A stretch of DNA of 63,981 bases, filler included, from Caldilineae bacterium (lineage in GTDB: Bacteria; Chloroflexota; Anaerolineae; DTLA01), in assembly GCA_037446815.1 (NCBI GenBank). It is 6 parts of 6 records of this genome, joined end to end, with 100 filler letters (N's around TTAATTAATTAA, not from the genome) between each part and the next. Parts side by side here need not be neighbours in the genome. Positions count along the whole stretch, not along the records: positions 11,366 to 22,498 come from JBBIHX010000092.1; positions 22,599 to 33,663 come from JBBIHX010000093.1; 4 more parts are not named here. One strand, given 5' to 3'. The notes below the pieces were generated by a model. That model made no database searches and was not told the DNA's origin. It saw only the letters and a program-made list of their open reading frames with translations. This document shows positions 20,498 through 30,737 of this stretch, one piece after another. How positions within the stretch are numbered: the first letter of the stretch is position 1; each line of letters starts with the position of its first letter. The position numbers and the translations under genes are program-made.

Positions 20498-21736
20498 CTA
20501 CGGGATGGCGCGCGCCGTCCACTGCGCCGGGTCCACGGGGATGCCGCCCAAGCGCATCTCCCAGTGGAGGTGCGCGCCGGTGGAGAGGCCCGTGTTGCCG
20601 ACCGTGCCGATGACGTCGCCTCTCTGCACCATCTGGCCCACCTGGACGCCGATGGTGTGCAGGTGGAAGTAGGCGCTCGTGAGGCCGAGGCCGTGGTCAA
20701 TGACGATGCCGTTGCCGTAGACCTGGAGCGCGCCGGCGAATACCACGCGGCCCGCGTTGGCCGCCAGGACGGGGGTGCCCGTGGAGGCCGAGAGGTCTAT
20801 CCCGCCGTGCCTGGACTCGCGCCGACCGTCGTTGTACTCGCGGTACGCGCCGAAGGACGTGGTCAGCATGCCCTGAATCGGCTGGATGAATTCGCCCGCC
20901 CAGAGTTTGCGCACTGTGCGGACTCCGAATGCCCGCTCCAGTTGCAGGCGATCCTGTTCCAGGATGGCCGGGTCAAGCAGGTACACGCGGTCGGGCGGGA
21001 TGGTTACGAGGCTGCTCTCAAAGTTGCCTTCGCGCACCTGGGCCGTAAGCGAAAGGCGGATCGCGTCCGCGGGCGAGGTCTGCGCCCACACGATGAGTTC
21101 GCGCGCGCCGGGCGGGGCGGCGAAGCCAATGGGCACCAATGCGAATGCCGCGTCGCCGTCGTGCGCGAAGGCCAGGCGCTGCCCATCCAGCCAGCCGTCC
21201 AGCGCGACGTTTCCGTCGGCCTGCGCGGCGACGACGAGCACCTGCCCCTGGGCCACAGGCGATGGCCAGATGTCCAGGTCGCGGATGGGGCCAGTGGGCG
21301 CTGCGGCTGCCGTGTCGCTGCCGGGAATCGTGAGGGACTGGCCCGCCTGGATGCTGGCAGGGTCGGCGATGCCGTTGGCGGCCGCCAGCGCCTCCACCGT
21401 CGTCCCGAAGCGGGCGGCGATGGCGAACAGCGTGTCGCCAGGCTGCACGGTGTACGTGGCGGCGGGGGGCACCTGCGGCGCGGGTAGGAGAAGTGCGCGG
21501 CCCGGCGCTGCCATGTACAGGTCGGCGATGCCGTTGGCGGCGGCCAGCGCCTCCACGGTAACGCCGAAGCGCCCGGCCACGTCGGCCAGGGTCTCGCCCC
21601 ACGCGAGCACGTGGTGCGCGGTCGGCGTCGGCGATGCGGCGCGCGCCGTTCCCGCCCCGCCAAGCGCCAGGGCCGCGCACACGACAGCGGCGGCAATCCG
21701 CCGCAGGACAGCGCCTCTCATCCGGCCGGGCCTCAC
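20498..21736 (-). CDS. LysM x2 + M23 peptidase
   Basis: Two LysM repeats (GETL/GDTL...FG), HGGID and HLH motifs, signal peptide. Confidence 0.9.
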   Translation of the reverse strand: MRPGRMRGAVLRRIAAAVVCAALALGGAGTARAASPTPTAHHVLAWGETLADVAGRFGVTVEALAAANGIADLYMAAPGRALLLPAPQVPPAATYTVQPGDTLFAIAARFGTTVEALAAANGIADPASIQAGQSLTIPGSDTAAAAPTGPIRDLDIWPSPVAQGQVLVVAAQADGNVALDGWLDGQRLAFAHDGDAAFALVPIGFAAPPGARELIVWAQTSPADAIRLSLTAQVREGNFESSLVTIPPDRVYLLDPAILEQDRLQLERAFGVRTVRKLWAGEFIQPIQGMLTTSFGAYREYNDGRRESRHGGIDLSASTGTPVLAANAGRVVFAGALQVYGNGIVIDHGLGLTSAYFHLHTIGVQVGQMVQRGDVIGTVGNTGLSTGAHLHWEMRLGGIPVDPAQWTARAIP

Positions 21737-22215
21737 AGTTTGTAGCCGATCATGCGCAGGAAATCCTTGCGCTTCTTCACGTCCTCGTCGGTCTCCACGC
21801 CCTTGGTCTTCACGCCGTCAATCACACCCAGGACGCCGCGGCCCTGCTCGGTCTCGGCGATGATGACTTGCACGGGGTTGGCCGTGGCGCAGAAGATGCG
21901 GCAGACCTCGGGCACGTCCTTGACGCGGTTCAGGACGTTGATGGGATAGACGTTGCCCAGCATGATGATGAACACATGGCCGGCGGAGAGGGCCAGCGCG
22001 TTTTTCTTGGCCAGTTCCACCAGGTCGGGGTCGGTGCCACTGGCGCGCACCAGGGCCGGCCCGGATGACTCGCAGAACGCCACGCCGAATTTGATGCCGG
22101 GGACGGCGGTTACCAGCGCCTCGTGGATGTCCTCCACGGTCTTGATGAAATGGGACTGGCCGAGGATGAAATTCATGTCGTCGGGCTTTTCAATGGCCAC
22201 GATTTTCAGTTCCAT
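21733..22215 (-). CDS. adenosine-specific kinase family (DUF355) protein
   Basis: GQSHFIKTVED, FCESSG, CATANP, GVIDG. Confidence 0.8.
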   Translation of the reverse strand: MELKIVAIEKPDDMNFILGQSHFIKTVEDIHEALVTAVPGIKFGVAFCESSGPALVRASGTDPDLVELAKKNALALSAGHVFIIMLGNVYPINVLNRVKDVPEVCRIFCATANPVQVIIAETEQGRGVLGVIDGVKTKGVETDEDVKKRKDFLRMIGYKL

Positions 22216-22322
22216 GGCGCTCCTCCTTGCCTCGTTTGTTGGGATTATAGCACAAACTGTGCCAGTTGAGGCTATTCACGATGTGCAAAGACAGCAGACT
22301 GCACTTGTAGCCGCGAATGGGG

Positions 22323-22498
22323 AACGTGCGACGCACCTCACAGGTAAGCCGCACGAAGACACGCCCCCTCGCCCGCGTCAGCGGGAGAGGGCTGGGGTGA
22401 GGGGCGAGATTCCTCGCGGCTTCGCCGCTCGGAATGACACTAATGCCCCCTCGCCCGCGTCAGCAGGAGAGGGCTGGGGTGAGGGGCGAGATTCCTCG
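22323..22498. repeat. REP-like mosaic
   Basis: Two CCCTCGCCCG...GAGAGGGCTGGGGTGAGGGGCGAGATTCCTCG units and GAATGAC. Confidence 0.8.
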
Positions 22499-22598
22499 NN
22501 NNNNNNNNNNNNNNNNNNNNNNNNNNNNNNNNNNNNNNNNNNTTAATTAATTAANNNNNNNNNNNNNNNNNNNNNNNNNNNNNNNNNNNNNNNNNNNN
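22499..22598. other. artificial contig linker
   Basis: N/TTAATTAATTAA/N. Confidence 0.98.
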
Positions 22599-22903
22599 AT
22601 TGCGAGCGAAGCGAAGCAATCGCACGCCCCGGGGATTGCTTCGGGCGCTCTGCCCCCTCGCAATGACAGCTACCCGCAGACGCTGGAACCGAATGCGGGG
22701 CGCCATCGCGTAGGGGCGACCGATCGGTCGCCCCTACTCTCCCCAATCCCCGCAATCCGTGCCATCCGTGGATGCACCCCAACCCTGTTCGCGTGGATTC
22801 GCGTTATTGACGGTTGCACTCCTCCGAAGTTGCCTCGTGTCGTGCGGCATTGTGCGCGACGCCAAGCCGCGTGAACTGCACCAACACTTTTTGGAACCGA
22901 ATG
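22599..22903. repeat. MITE ends (22599-22695, 22880-22903) plus REP modules
   Basis: GGAACCGAATG terminal repeats; GTAGGGGCGACCGATCGGTCGCCCCTAC; ATCCGTGCCATCCGTG. Confidence 0.7.
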
Positions 22904-22999
22904 CAACACCCCGCAGATTCGCCAAAACCCCCGTCTTGCGTATAATCGCGTCTCGTGCATGGCACAAGTTTACGGAAATGAGGTTTTCTGATATACCCC

Positions 23000-23647
23000 A
23001 TGGGTGAACGGGTATCACTGCTTGAATTGCTGGACGACCTGCGCGATGAGCGCATAAGCGACGGGGACATCCCCGCGGTCCTCCTCTGCTTTGCCGACAA
23101 TTTCTTGCTGGAGGCCGATCGGGACATAGAGGATTTGGTGCTGCATCCCTCGCCGGAGGTGCGGGCTACTGCCATTGAGGTGCTCGCCATACGGTGGCGC
23201 ATCGCCGACTACCGGCCGCTGTGCGAGTACGTCATGCGCTACGACGTGAGCGCCCACGTGCGGGCCGTGGCGGCGCGAGGGCTTGGCGCGATTCTGGCCC
23301 GCACCCGCGACAAGGGCGCCCTGCGCCAATTGCTGGAAACGCTGCGGGATACCGGCGAAGATCGCATTGTGCGGTACGCCGCCTACATCGCGGCGCTGGA
23401 AGTGGTCGGGGCTGTGCCCATCGGCGGCGTGAAGGAGCACTTCAACCTTCGGCGCGACGTGGATTGGAAACTCGTCAACAGCCTGCTGGCGGAAAGCGGC
23501 GAGGTGCTGCGCTGCCTGCGGTGCGGCGCGCCCCTCATCCGCCCGGGCGATGGCCCCGCCTGGTGTCTGGACTGCACGGTGGAAGTGATGGAACTGAGCC
23601 GCGCCACCGCCGATAACGGGCGCAGCACGGTGCTGGGGCGCGACTAG
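23000..23647 (+). CDS. HEAT-repeat protein with C-terminal zinc ribbon
   Basis: EVRATAIEVL, HVRAVAARGL, IVRYAAYIAA repeats; CLRC...CLDC. Confidence 0.7.
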   Translation: MGERVSLLELLDDLRDERISDGDIPAVLLCFADNFLLEADRDIEDLVLHPSPEVRATAIEVLAIRWRIADYRPLCEYVMRYDVSAHVRAVAARGLGAILARTRDKGALRQLLETLRDTGEDRIVRYAAYIAALEVVGAVPIGGVKEHFNLRRDVDWKLVNSLLAESGEVLRCLRCGAPLIRPGDGPAWCLDCTVEVMELSRATADNGRSTVLGRD

Positions 23648-23696
23648 GGGCGGCCCGTGCCCCTGCCCTGCGCCGCATAAGGGCCTCGTGCGAACC

Positions 23697-24812
23697 ATGG
23701 AACGGAACCTGCACCCCACGCGCTGCGCGGAACTCCAGAACGCGCTCCTGGGCTGGGCCGCCGACCACCTGCGCCCGCTCCCCTGGCGCACGACGCCCCG
23801 CGATCCCTACCGTGTGTGGGTGTCCGAGGTCATGCTCCAGCAGACGCGGGTGGAGACGGTCATCCCGTACTTTGAGCGCTGGATGCAGCGCTTCCCCGAC
23901 GTTCAGACGCTGGCCGACGCGCCCCTTGACGATGTGCTCAAGGCGTGGGAAGGGCTGGGCTACTACGCGCGGGCGCGCAACCTGCACCGAGCGGCGCGGG
24001 CCATCGTGGAGGCGTATGGCGGTCGGCTGCCCGACGACGCGGGAGCGTTGCGCGGGCTGCCGGGCATCGGGCGCTACACGGCCGGCGCGATTCTGAGCAT
24101 CGCCTTTGGCCGCGACGAGCCGGCCCTGGACGGCAACATACGGCGCGTGTTGAGCCGCGCCTTTGCCGTCGCCGAACCCGACCGGGCGCGCCTGGACACG
24201 GCGCTGTGGGGATTGGCGCGGGGGCTGTTGCCCCAAGGCCGCGCAGGCGCCTTCAACGAGGCGCTCATGGAGTTGGGCGCGACGGTGTGCACCCCGCGCA
24301 ACCCCGCGTGCGCCCAATGCCCATGGGCGTTCGCCTGCATTGCCTACGCCGAGGGTCGGGCGATGGCTTTCCCCCTGCGCCCCGCGCGCAAGACGATTCC
24401 CCACTACGACGTTACCGCCGCGGTCATCTGGCGCGAGCCGGGGGTCTTCCTCATCGCCCAGCGCAACGCCGAAGGACTGCTTGGCGGGCTGTGGGAATTC
24501 CCTGGCGGCAAGGTGGAGCCCGGCGAGTCGCTGGAAGAATGCCTCAGGCGCGAGATTCAGGAGGAACTGGGCGTGCGGATTCAGGTCGGCGAGCGGCTAA
24601 CGGTTGTCAAGCACGCCTACAGCCACTTCCGCATCACGCTGCACGCCTTTCACGCTTGGATTGAGCGCGGCGAACCCGAACCGCAAGCCATCGGCTGCGC
24701 GGCGTGGCGCTGGATTCGGCTGGACGATGCGGAGTCGGTCGCCTTCTCGGCGGCGGACCTGCGCATCCTGGACGCGCTGCGGCGTGCGGCGGAGCCGGGC
24801 CTGCCGCGTTAG
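23697..24812 (+). CDS. mutY: A/G-specific adenine glycosylase with intact C-terminal Nudix box
   Basis: VSEVMLQQT, GLGYYARARN, LPGIGRYTA, Cx6Cx2Cx5C Fe-S motif. Confidence 0.93.
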   Translation: MERNLHPTRCAELQNALLGWAADHLRPLPWRTTPRDPYRVWVSEVMLQQTRVETVIPYFERWMQRFPDVQTLADAPLDDVLKAWEGLGYYARARNLHRAARAIVEAYGGRLPDDAGALRGLPGIGRYTAGAILSIAFGRDEPALDGNIRRVLSRAFAVAEPDRARLDTALWGLARGLLPQGRAGAFNEALMELGATVCTPRNPACAQCPWAFACIAYAEGRAMAFPLRPARKTIPHYDVTAAVIWREPGVFLIAQRNAEGLLGGLWEFPGGKVEPGESLEECLRREIQEELGVRIQVGERLTVVKHAYSHFRITLHAFHAWIERGEPEPQAIGCAAWRWIRLDDAESVAFSAADLRILDALRRAAEPGLPR

Positions 24813-25927
24813 CGGGCGGCCAGCAGGCGCTCGTACAGGGCCACGATGCGCGCCACCATGCGCTCGGCGGTGAATTCGGCTAGGACGCGCTCCCGGCCCC
24901 GCGTGCCCATCTCCCGCCGCAAATCGGCGTCGGCCAGGAGGCGGTTGCAGGCGTCGGCCAGGGCGGCCGAATCCCGCGGCGGCACCACAAGGCCGGTCTC
25001 GCCGTGCCGATTGATGTAGGACGTGCCCGTGCCCAGTTCGGTGCAAATCACCGGCCGCCCCGACGCCATCGCCTCCAATTGCACCAGGCCGTAGGCCTCC
25101 GACCGCTCGGAGGCGGGCAGGACGAAGACATCGCATGCTTGGTAATAGGCCGGCAAGTCATCGTCCGACACATCGCCCGCGAACACAACCCGATCGCTCA
25201 CCCCCATCTCTTCGGCCAGCCGCTGCCAAGCCGCCCCCATAGGCCCGGTGCCGACGACGAGCAGCGTGGCCGGAATGCGCGGCATGGCCCGAATGAGCCA
25301 GTCCAGCCCCTTGTAATACCGCAGCCGCCCCACAAACAGCAGGAGCGGGCCGGCGTACCGGGCGCGAATCTCCTGGGCGGCAGCCGTATCCCGCAGAAAC
25401 GGGGACGGGTCTATACCCAGCGGGATGACCTCCACCTTGTCGCGGAGTTGGCTCAAGTACGGCGATGACTCCACGTAGTTCGGCGTGCTGGCGATAAGGC
25501 GGTCGGCGTCGCGGAGCACGCGCCACAGCACGGGCCGGTACAGGCGCAAGTACCCCTTCTGCCGCACCACGTCGGACTGGTACGAGATGACGGTGCGGGT
25601 CGCGCGCCCCAACAGCCAGTTGGCCACCTCCCCCACCGGATAGGGGAATTGCAGGTGCGCGATGTCCGGGCGCAGGCGGCGAATCCACGCGAACAGCATC
25701 GGGCTGATGGGCGTGGAGGCGACCGTCGCCAGCCGCGCCGCACGAATGAGCCGCACGCCGTTGAGGTGAACCTGCTCCGTCCGGCGGGTGCGACTGGTAA
25801 CCAGCACCGTAACGTCCAGGCCCAGGGCGGCTTGGCGCTCGGCCAGAACGCGCACGTGATTCTCAATCCCGCCCATGACGGGCCAGTAGTCCTTGTACAC
25901 GTGGAGCACGCGGATGGGTGCGCTCAC
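24809..25927 (-). CDS. GT4 glycosyltransferase
   Basis: VGRLRYYKG, EAYGLVQLEAMASG. Confidence 0.9.
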   Translation of the reverse strand: MSAPIRVLHVYKDYWPVMGGIENHVRVLAERQAALGLDVTVLVTSRTRRTEQVHLNGVRLIRAARLATVASTPISPMLFAWIRRLRPDIAHLQFPYPVGEVANWLLGRATRTVISYQSDVVRQKGYLRLYRPVLWRVLRDADRLIASTPNYVESSPYLSQLRDKVEVIPLGIDPSPFLRDTAAAQEIRARYAGPLLLFVGRLRYYKGLDWLIRAMPRIPATLLVVGTGPMGAAWQRLAEEMGVSDRVVFAGDVSDDDLPAYYQACDVFVLPASERSEAYGLVQLEAMASGRPVICTELGTGTSYINRHGETGLVVPPRDSAALADACNRLLADADLRREMGTRGRERVLAEFTAERMVARIVALYERLLAAR

Positions 25928-27039
25928 GAACTCACCTCCCGATATACCGCTAGGGTTTCGCGCGCCGCCTTGTCCCACGAGAACTCCGCGGCCCTGGCGA
26001 GGCTCCGCGCCCGCATCGCGTCCAGCGTCGCAGGGCTAGCCAGAAGCCGCGCCAGCGTGTCGGCCCACGCTTCCACGTCTGTGGGCGGGAGCAGGGGGCC
26101 GGCGTCGCCGACGACTTCGGGCAGGCTGGCGGCGTTGGATGACACCACAGGCGCGCCGCACGCCATCGCCTCCAGCACGGGCAGGCCGAACCCCTCGTAC
26201 AGCGACGGGAACGCGAACAGCGCCGCGCCCGCGTATAGCGCCGGCAGGTCCGCCTCCGGCACGTCGCCCAGGAACCGCACGCGATGCCCCAGCCCCAGCG
26301 CCGCCACCCGCTGCCGCGCCTGGGGATAGCGCGGGTCTTCGCGGCCCGCAAGGACGAGCACGCCCGCCGTCTTGGCCCTGGCCCAGGCTTCCACCAGCGT
26401 CTCCACGTTCTTGTGCGGCTTGTTGATGCCCACATACAGGACATAAGGCCCGTTCAGGCCGTATGCGGCGCGCACGCGGTCCACGGCGTCCGCGGGTTGG
26501 GGGCGAAATTGGGGGTCGGCGGCCGGGCGGATGACGGCGGTCTTGGCCTCGGCCACGCCGAAGTAGCGCGCCACGTCCCGCCGCGCCGATTCGGATAGCA
26601 GGATGACCTTGTCCGCGCTCGCCAGCGCCAGCCGAGATAAGACACGGAACAGCACCCGCGCCCGCGCCGAGGGAAGTGCGTTCGGATGGACTAGTCCGAT
26701 GACATCGTAGTAGGTGAGCACCGAGGGCAGCGGCAGGCGGTAGGGCTTGACGTAGTACGGCGAATGGAGCAGCGAGACGCCGAAGCCGGCGACGATGCGG
26801 GGGAGCGTTATCTGCTCCCGCCAGGAGAAGGTCGCCACCTCGCAGGGCGCCAGCCTGACCTGCGGCCCGGCGGCGAGGGTGGACAGGTCGTAGCGCGTGT
26901 TGGGCAGGCGGGGGTTGGTGATGACGAGGAATTCGCCGCCCTCGGCATGCGCGGCCAGCGCGCGCACCAGGTTGAAGGTGTAGCGACCGATGCCCGGGAA
27001 GTGGTCTTGGATGTATCTGCCGTCTATGGCCACTCGCAT
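25924..27039 (-). CDS. GT4 glycosyltransferase
   Basis: GIGRY, KPHKN, EGFGLPVLEAMACG. Confidence 0.9.
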   Translation of the reverse strand: MRVAIDGRYIQDHFPGIGRYTFNLVRALAAHAEGGEFLVITNPRLPNTRYDLSTLAAGPQVRLAPCEVATFSWREQITLPRIVAGFGVSLLHSPYYVKPYRLPLPSVLTYYDVIGLVHPNALPSARARVLFRVLSRLALASADKVILLSESARRDVARYFGVAEAKTAVIRPAADPQFRPQPADAVDRVRAAYGLNGPYVLYVGINKPHKNVETLVEAWARAKTAGVLVLAGREDPRYPQARQRVAALGLGHRVRFLGDVPEADLPALYAGAALFAFPSLYEGFGLPVLEAMACGAPVVSSNAASLPEVVGDAGPLLPPTDVEAWADTLARLLASPATLDAMRARSLARAAEFSWDKAARETLAVYREVSS

Positions 27040-27143
27040 GTTACGCTCCGATGGGCGAAGTCTAGTCGGCTTGGCCCGTTGTGTCAACCGGATGCGGATG
27101 GGGAGCCGGGGCCAGAGTCCGTGGGTAACCGTCTTTCCGGTCG

Positions 27144-27228
27144 GCGCAGCCGCGAAGAATCTCGTAGAGCAGATTGCCAATCTGCTCTACTTTTCCCCAT
27201 CTGCGCAAGCCGCGCCATTCGTGGATGT
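27144..27228. repeat. REP-like mosaic
   Basis: GTAGAGCAGATTGCCAATCTGCTCTAC; similar (inverted) to 56010-56090 and 54088-54170. Confidence 0.7.
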
Positions 27229-27243
27229 GGCGCCTGGGCAAAG

Positions 27244-27270
27244 AAAAAGGCCCCGCGTTCACGGGGCCTT
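27244..27270 (-). terminator. intrinsic terminator
   Basis: AAGGCCCCG/CGGGGCCTT stem with T-tract on the minus strand. Confidence 0.7.
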
Positions 27271-27294
27271 GGTCGCACACAGGGTTGGGCGGCA

Positions 27295-27585
27295 TCAGTC
27301 CGCCTTGACGGTGTCCGCGCTCTTGCTCGGCTCGGTCGCCTTCTCGCCGCCCTTGCCGCGGCCGTTGCCGTTGCTCTTGGACTCGCCGGGGACTGCGGTA
27401 GGGGACGTGGCCCGATGGTCGGTAACGTAGAACCCCGACCCCTTGAAGATGATGCCCACGGGCTGAAGCACACGGTGGACGTGGCCGCCGCAGTCCGGGC
27501 AGGTCTTCAGCGGGTCTTCGGTAATGCGCTGCACGCGCTCAAAGCGGATGCCGCACACATCGCATTCGTACTCGTAAATCGGCAT
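27295..27585 (-). CDS. FmdB-family zinc ribbon protein
   Basis: MPIYEYECDVC...CPDCGG...FKGSGFYVTD. Confidence 0.9.
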   Translation of the reverse strand: MPIYEYECDVCGIRFERVQRITEDPLKTCPDCGGHVHRVLQPVGIIFKGSGFYVTDHRATSPTAVPGESKSNGNGRGKGGEKATEPSKSADTVKAD

Positions 27586-27761
27586 GCCTGGATCACCTCT
27601 CTTTCGCCTGCGTTGATTTGCAGTCGTTGCATGTCCGCGATCGGTCATGATTGCCAACCACATAGTATATGCGGATATGCCGATTTTTGCAAATTCGGCC
27701 TGGACGGGTCTACATTTCCCCAACGCGGGGCCGTGCTCGTCCCCTCGGTCGCGGGCCGCGC

Positions 27762-28064
27762 TCACAACTGGAACCGACTGGAATCGTGCACGATCTTCTG
27801 CTCGTAGTTCTCCACCAGGCGCAGGAGTTTCGCCTTCAGTTCCCGCCACTCTTCGCTGTTCAGCGCCTCGCGCATGGACGCCATGTCCGGCGCGACGGCC
27901 CCGGTGAGAATCTGCGGGCCATCGCCATAGGCCGTGTACCAGGCCTCCGTCGGCTGGATGCCCAGGCGCATCAGCCCGGGCGCGAATTCCTTCATCACGA
28001 ATTCAAAGTACTCGGCTTCCTTGTCGGGTCGGATGTCCCACGTCATCAGGATTTTGATTGCCAT
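27762..28064 (-). CDS. hypothetical protein (possible NIPSNAP-like fold)
   Basis: 100-aa ORF MAIKILMTWDI..., start 8 bp after the upstream stop. Confidence 0.7.
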   Translation of the reverse strand: MAIKILMTWDIRPDKEAEYFEFVMKEFAPGLMRLGIQPTEAWYTAYGDGPQILTGAVAPDMASMREALNSEEWRELKAKLLRLVENYEQKIVHDSSRFQL

Positions 28065-28072
28065 GGTTCCCC

Positions 28073-29365
28073 CTACTCCAGCCGGGCCATCAGTTCCCGC
28101 CTCACCGCTGGCCCAAACGCTCCGACGAGGGTTACGTTCATGCGGCTCGGCTGTATCAACTCCCGCGCGAATCGCCGAACCTCCTCTGCGTCCACCCGAT
28201 CTATCGCCTGCAGGACCTCGTCCACCGTCATCAGCGGTTCGCCCAGCGCCTCGGCCCGCCCCCACCACGAAGCGATGGCGAGACTGTCCTCCAGCCCCAG
28301 AATGAACTGCCCCTTGACCTGCTCCTTTGCCTTTTGCAGTTCGTCGTCGGACACCCGTTCCTCGCGGATGCGCGCGCACTCTCCGAGAATGGCATCGTAG
28401 GCCTCGGCAAGCCGCTTCGGATCCACGCCCGCGCTGATGCCCCAGATGCCGGCATCGTGATACACGCTGAACCAGGAGTCCACGCTGTACGCCAACCCTC
28501 GCTTCTCCCGCACTTCCTGGAACAGCCGCGAACTCATCCCCTCGCTCATGATGGCATTCATCACCAGAAGGTTGAACCGGTCCGGATGCACGCGGGGGAT
28601 GGTGCGCATGGCGATGTTGAGATACGCCTGCTCGGTTTTGCGGCGGCCCACCCGCACGCGCGGCTTCTTCTGCATCCCGCGCAACGGGGCATAGGAGGGC
28701 ACAGGCTTGACCGGCCAATCCTCCAGCGCGCGCACGATCCGCTCCAGCATCTGCTGCCCGTCCAGCCGCCCCGCCACGCTTACCACCACGTTGGGCGCGC
28801 CGTAGTTCTGCTGGATATAGCCCAGCAGGTCGTCGCGGCCCACGGCCAGCACGCTCTCAATGCTGCCGGCGATGTCGCGCCCCAGCGGGTGCCGTGGGAA
28901 GACCTCCTGGGTGAGTAGCATGTGGGACCAACTCTGCGGGTCGTCGTACAACATGCGAATCTCTTCCACTACGACCCGCTTCTCCTTCTCCAGTTCCACG
29001 GGGTCAAAGATGGGATAGCGAATCATGTCTTCCAGGACATCCAGCGCCAGGTCGCCGTGCGCCCAGGGCACTTTGGCGTAGTACATGGTGAGTTCCTTGC
29101 CCGTGGAAGCGTTCATTATCCCGCCGACGGACTCCAGCGCCAGCGATATGGCCCCGGCGGTCGGGCGCTTGCGGCTCCCCTTGAACATCATGTGCTCTAT
29201 AAGATGCGACGCACCCGCGATCTGGTCGCTCTCGTAGCGCGCGCCCACGCCGACGAAGAACCCCACCGAGATGGCCCGCGTGTAGGGCACCTCCGTAACG
29301 AAGATGCGCAAGCCGTTGTCCAGCGTTACTTTCTGCGTTGCTTCTGCGACGGTTTCTATCTTCAT
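28073..29365 (-). CDS. M16 family zinc peptidase
   Basis: HLIEHMMFKG (HXXEH), SSRLFQEVREKRGLAY. Confidence 0.92.
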   Translation of the reverse strand: MKIETVAEATQKVTLDNGLRIFVTEVPYTRAISVGFFVGVGARYESDQIAGASHLIEHMMFKGSRKRPTAGAISLALESVGGIMNASTGKELTMYYAKVPWAHGDLALDVLEDMIRYPIFDPVELEKEKRVVVEEIRMLYDDPQSWSHMLLTQEVFPRHPLGRDIAGSIESVLAVGRDDLLGYIQQNYGAPNVVVSVAGRLDGQQMLERIVRALEDWPVKPVPSYAPLRGMQKKPRVRVGRRKTEQAYLNIAMRTIPRVHPDRFNLLVMNAIMSEGMSSRLFQEVREKRGLAYSVDSWFSVYHDAGIWGISAGVDPKRLAEAYDAILGECARIREERVSDDELQKAKEQVKGQFILGLEDSLAIASWWGRAEALGEPLMTVDEVLQAIDRVDAEEVRRFARELIQPSRMNVTLVGAFGPAVRRELMARLE

Positions 29366-29367
29366 GT

Positions 29368-30006
29368 CTACCTCAATGTCTGAAGTTGTCGTTCCACCTC
29401 GGCGCGAATCGCGGGGTCGTCGCTGAGTTCCAGCACCTTCTGGAACGCCTCGCGGGCCTCCTGCGCCCTGCCCTGGAGCGCGTATACGGAACCCATGCCC
29501 AGGTAGGCCACAGCCAGGTTGGGGTCAAACTGGCGGGCCGCAAGAAACTCGCCCAGCGCCTCGTTCAGGAGATTCTGCTGGGCGTAGGCGGCCCCCAGGT
29601 TGTAGTGGAACACGGCGTCTCCCGGCTCCAGCACCAGCGCCTTGCGGAACTCCTGCGCGGCCTCGTCAAAGCGCCCCTGCTGGTAGTACACCCCGCCCAG
29701 GTTGGAGTGGGCATCGGCGTCATCGGGGTTCAGGCGGATGGCCTCGCGGAACTCCGCGGCGGCGTTCTCCCAATCCGCAAGGGCCGCCAAGGCGCGCCCC
29801 CGCTGGAAATGGGCCGCCGCGTCGTTGGGCGTGGCCGCGACGACGGTTCCCAACAAGCTGGCCGCGCGCGTGTAATCGCCCGCATCGTAGGCTTGCTGCG
29901 CCTCTTGCCGCGCGGCGGGCACGTCCACAGAGGGCGCGCCGCCCCCGCAGGCCACCAGCGCCGCCGCCGCGCATATGCAGATCACGCCGAGCCGCACACG
30001 GTACAT
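29368..30006 (-). CDS. TPR-repeat lipoprotein
   Basis: Lipobox LVAC; tandem TPR repeats. Confidence 0.85.
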   Translation of the reverse strand: MYRVRLGVICICAAAALVACGGGAPSVDVPAARQEAQQAYDAGDYTRAASLLGTVVAATPNDAAAHFQRGRALAALADWENAAAEFREAIRLNPDDADAHSNLGGVYYQQGRFDEAAQEFRKALVLEPGDAVFHYNLGAAYAQQNLLNEALGEFLAARQFDPNLAVAYLGMGSVYALQGRAQEAREAFQKVLELSDDPAIRAEVERQLQTLR

Positions 30007-30656
30007 CAGTCGCCGTTCTCCGACTTGGGCCGAAGCAGCACCACCTGCGTCTCCTCGGGCAGGCTGCTGGCCGAAACCTTCAGCATGTCCTGCTCCTCCG
30101 CCGATGCGACGCCCAATTCTTTTAGGAACTTGCTGACCGGATCCAGTTTCATGGCGAGCCCGCTCAACCGGTAGTGCATGGGCACCACGATGCTGGGTTC
30201 CAGCAGGCTCACCACCTCGGTGGCCTGGGACGCCTTGAGTGAGGCCCCGCCTCCCACCGGCACGAGGAGCACGTTGATGTCGCCGATGGCCTCCACCTGG
30301 CTCTGGCTTGGGATGTGTCCCAAATCTCCCAGGTGGCAGACGCGCAGCCCGTCCATCTCAAATACAAAGATGGTGTTCTTGCCGTACTCGCGGCCGTTGC
30401 GCGTGTCGTGGTACGAAGAGATGCCGGTGATGAAGACGCCGCTGACCTCGTACTCGCCCGGCCCGTCTATGACGAAGGGGTTGCCCTTGACGGCCTTGAC
30501 GTTGGAATGCCCCGGGTGCGCATGGCTTACGGTAACGATGTCGCCTTTCAGGCCCGCAGGCGACAGGCCGATGCTCTTGTCAAACGGGTCGGTGATGATG
30601 GTCGCCGTGCGATCCTTGATGCGAAAGCAGGCGTGCCCGTACCAGAGAATGTCCAT
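30006..30656 (-). CDS. MBL-fold metallo-hydrolase
   Basis: GHACF, SHAHPGH, GPGEYE, HLGDLG, PMHY. Confidence 0.88.
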   Translation of the reverse strand: MDILWYGHACFRIKDRTATIITDPFDKSIGLSPAGLKGDIVTVSHAHPGHSNVKAVKGNPFVIDGPGEYEVSGVFITGISSYHDTRNGREYGKNTIFVFEMDGLRVCHLGDLGHIPSQSQVEAIGDINVLLVPVGGGASLKASQATEVVSLLEPSIVVPMHYRLSGLAMKLDPVSKFLKELGVASAEEQDMLKVSASSLPEETQVVLLRPKSENGD

Positions 30657-30692
30657 AAACCGCAATGCCTCCAGGATATGCGTTACGGGCAC

Positions 30693-30721
30693 ATTATACC
30701 GTCAAGGGGGCATGTTGACAA
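30693..30721 (-). promoter_or_regulatory. sigma70 promoter
   Basis: TTGTCA-N17-TATAAT on the minus strand. Confidence 0.6.
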
Positions 30722-30737
30722 TCGCGGGCAGCCCACG

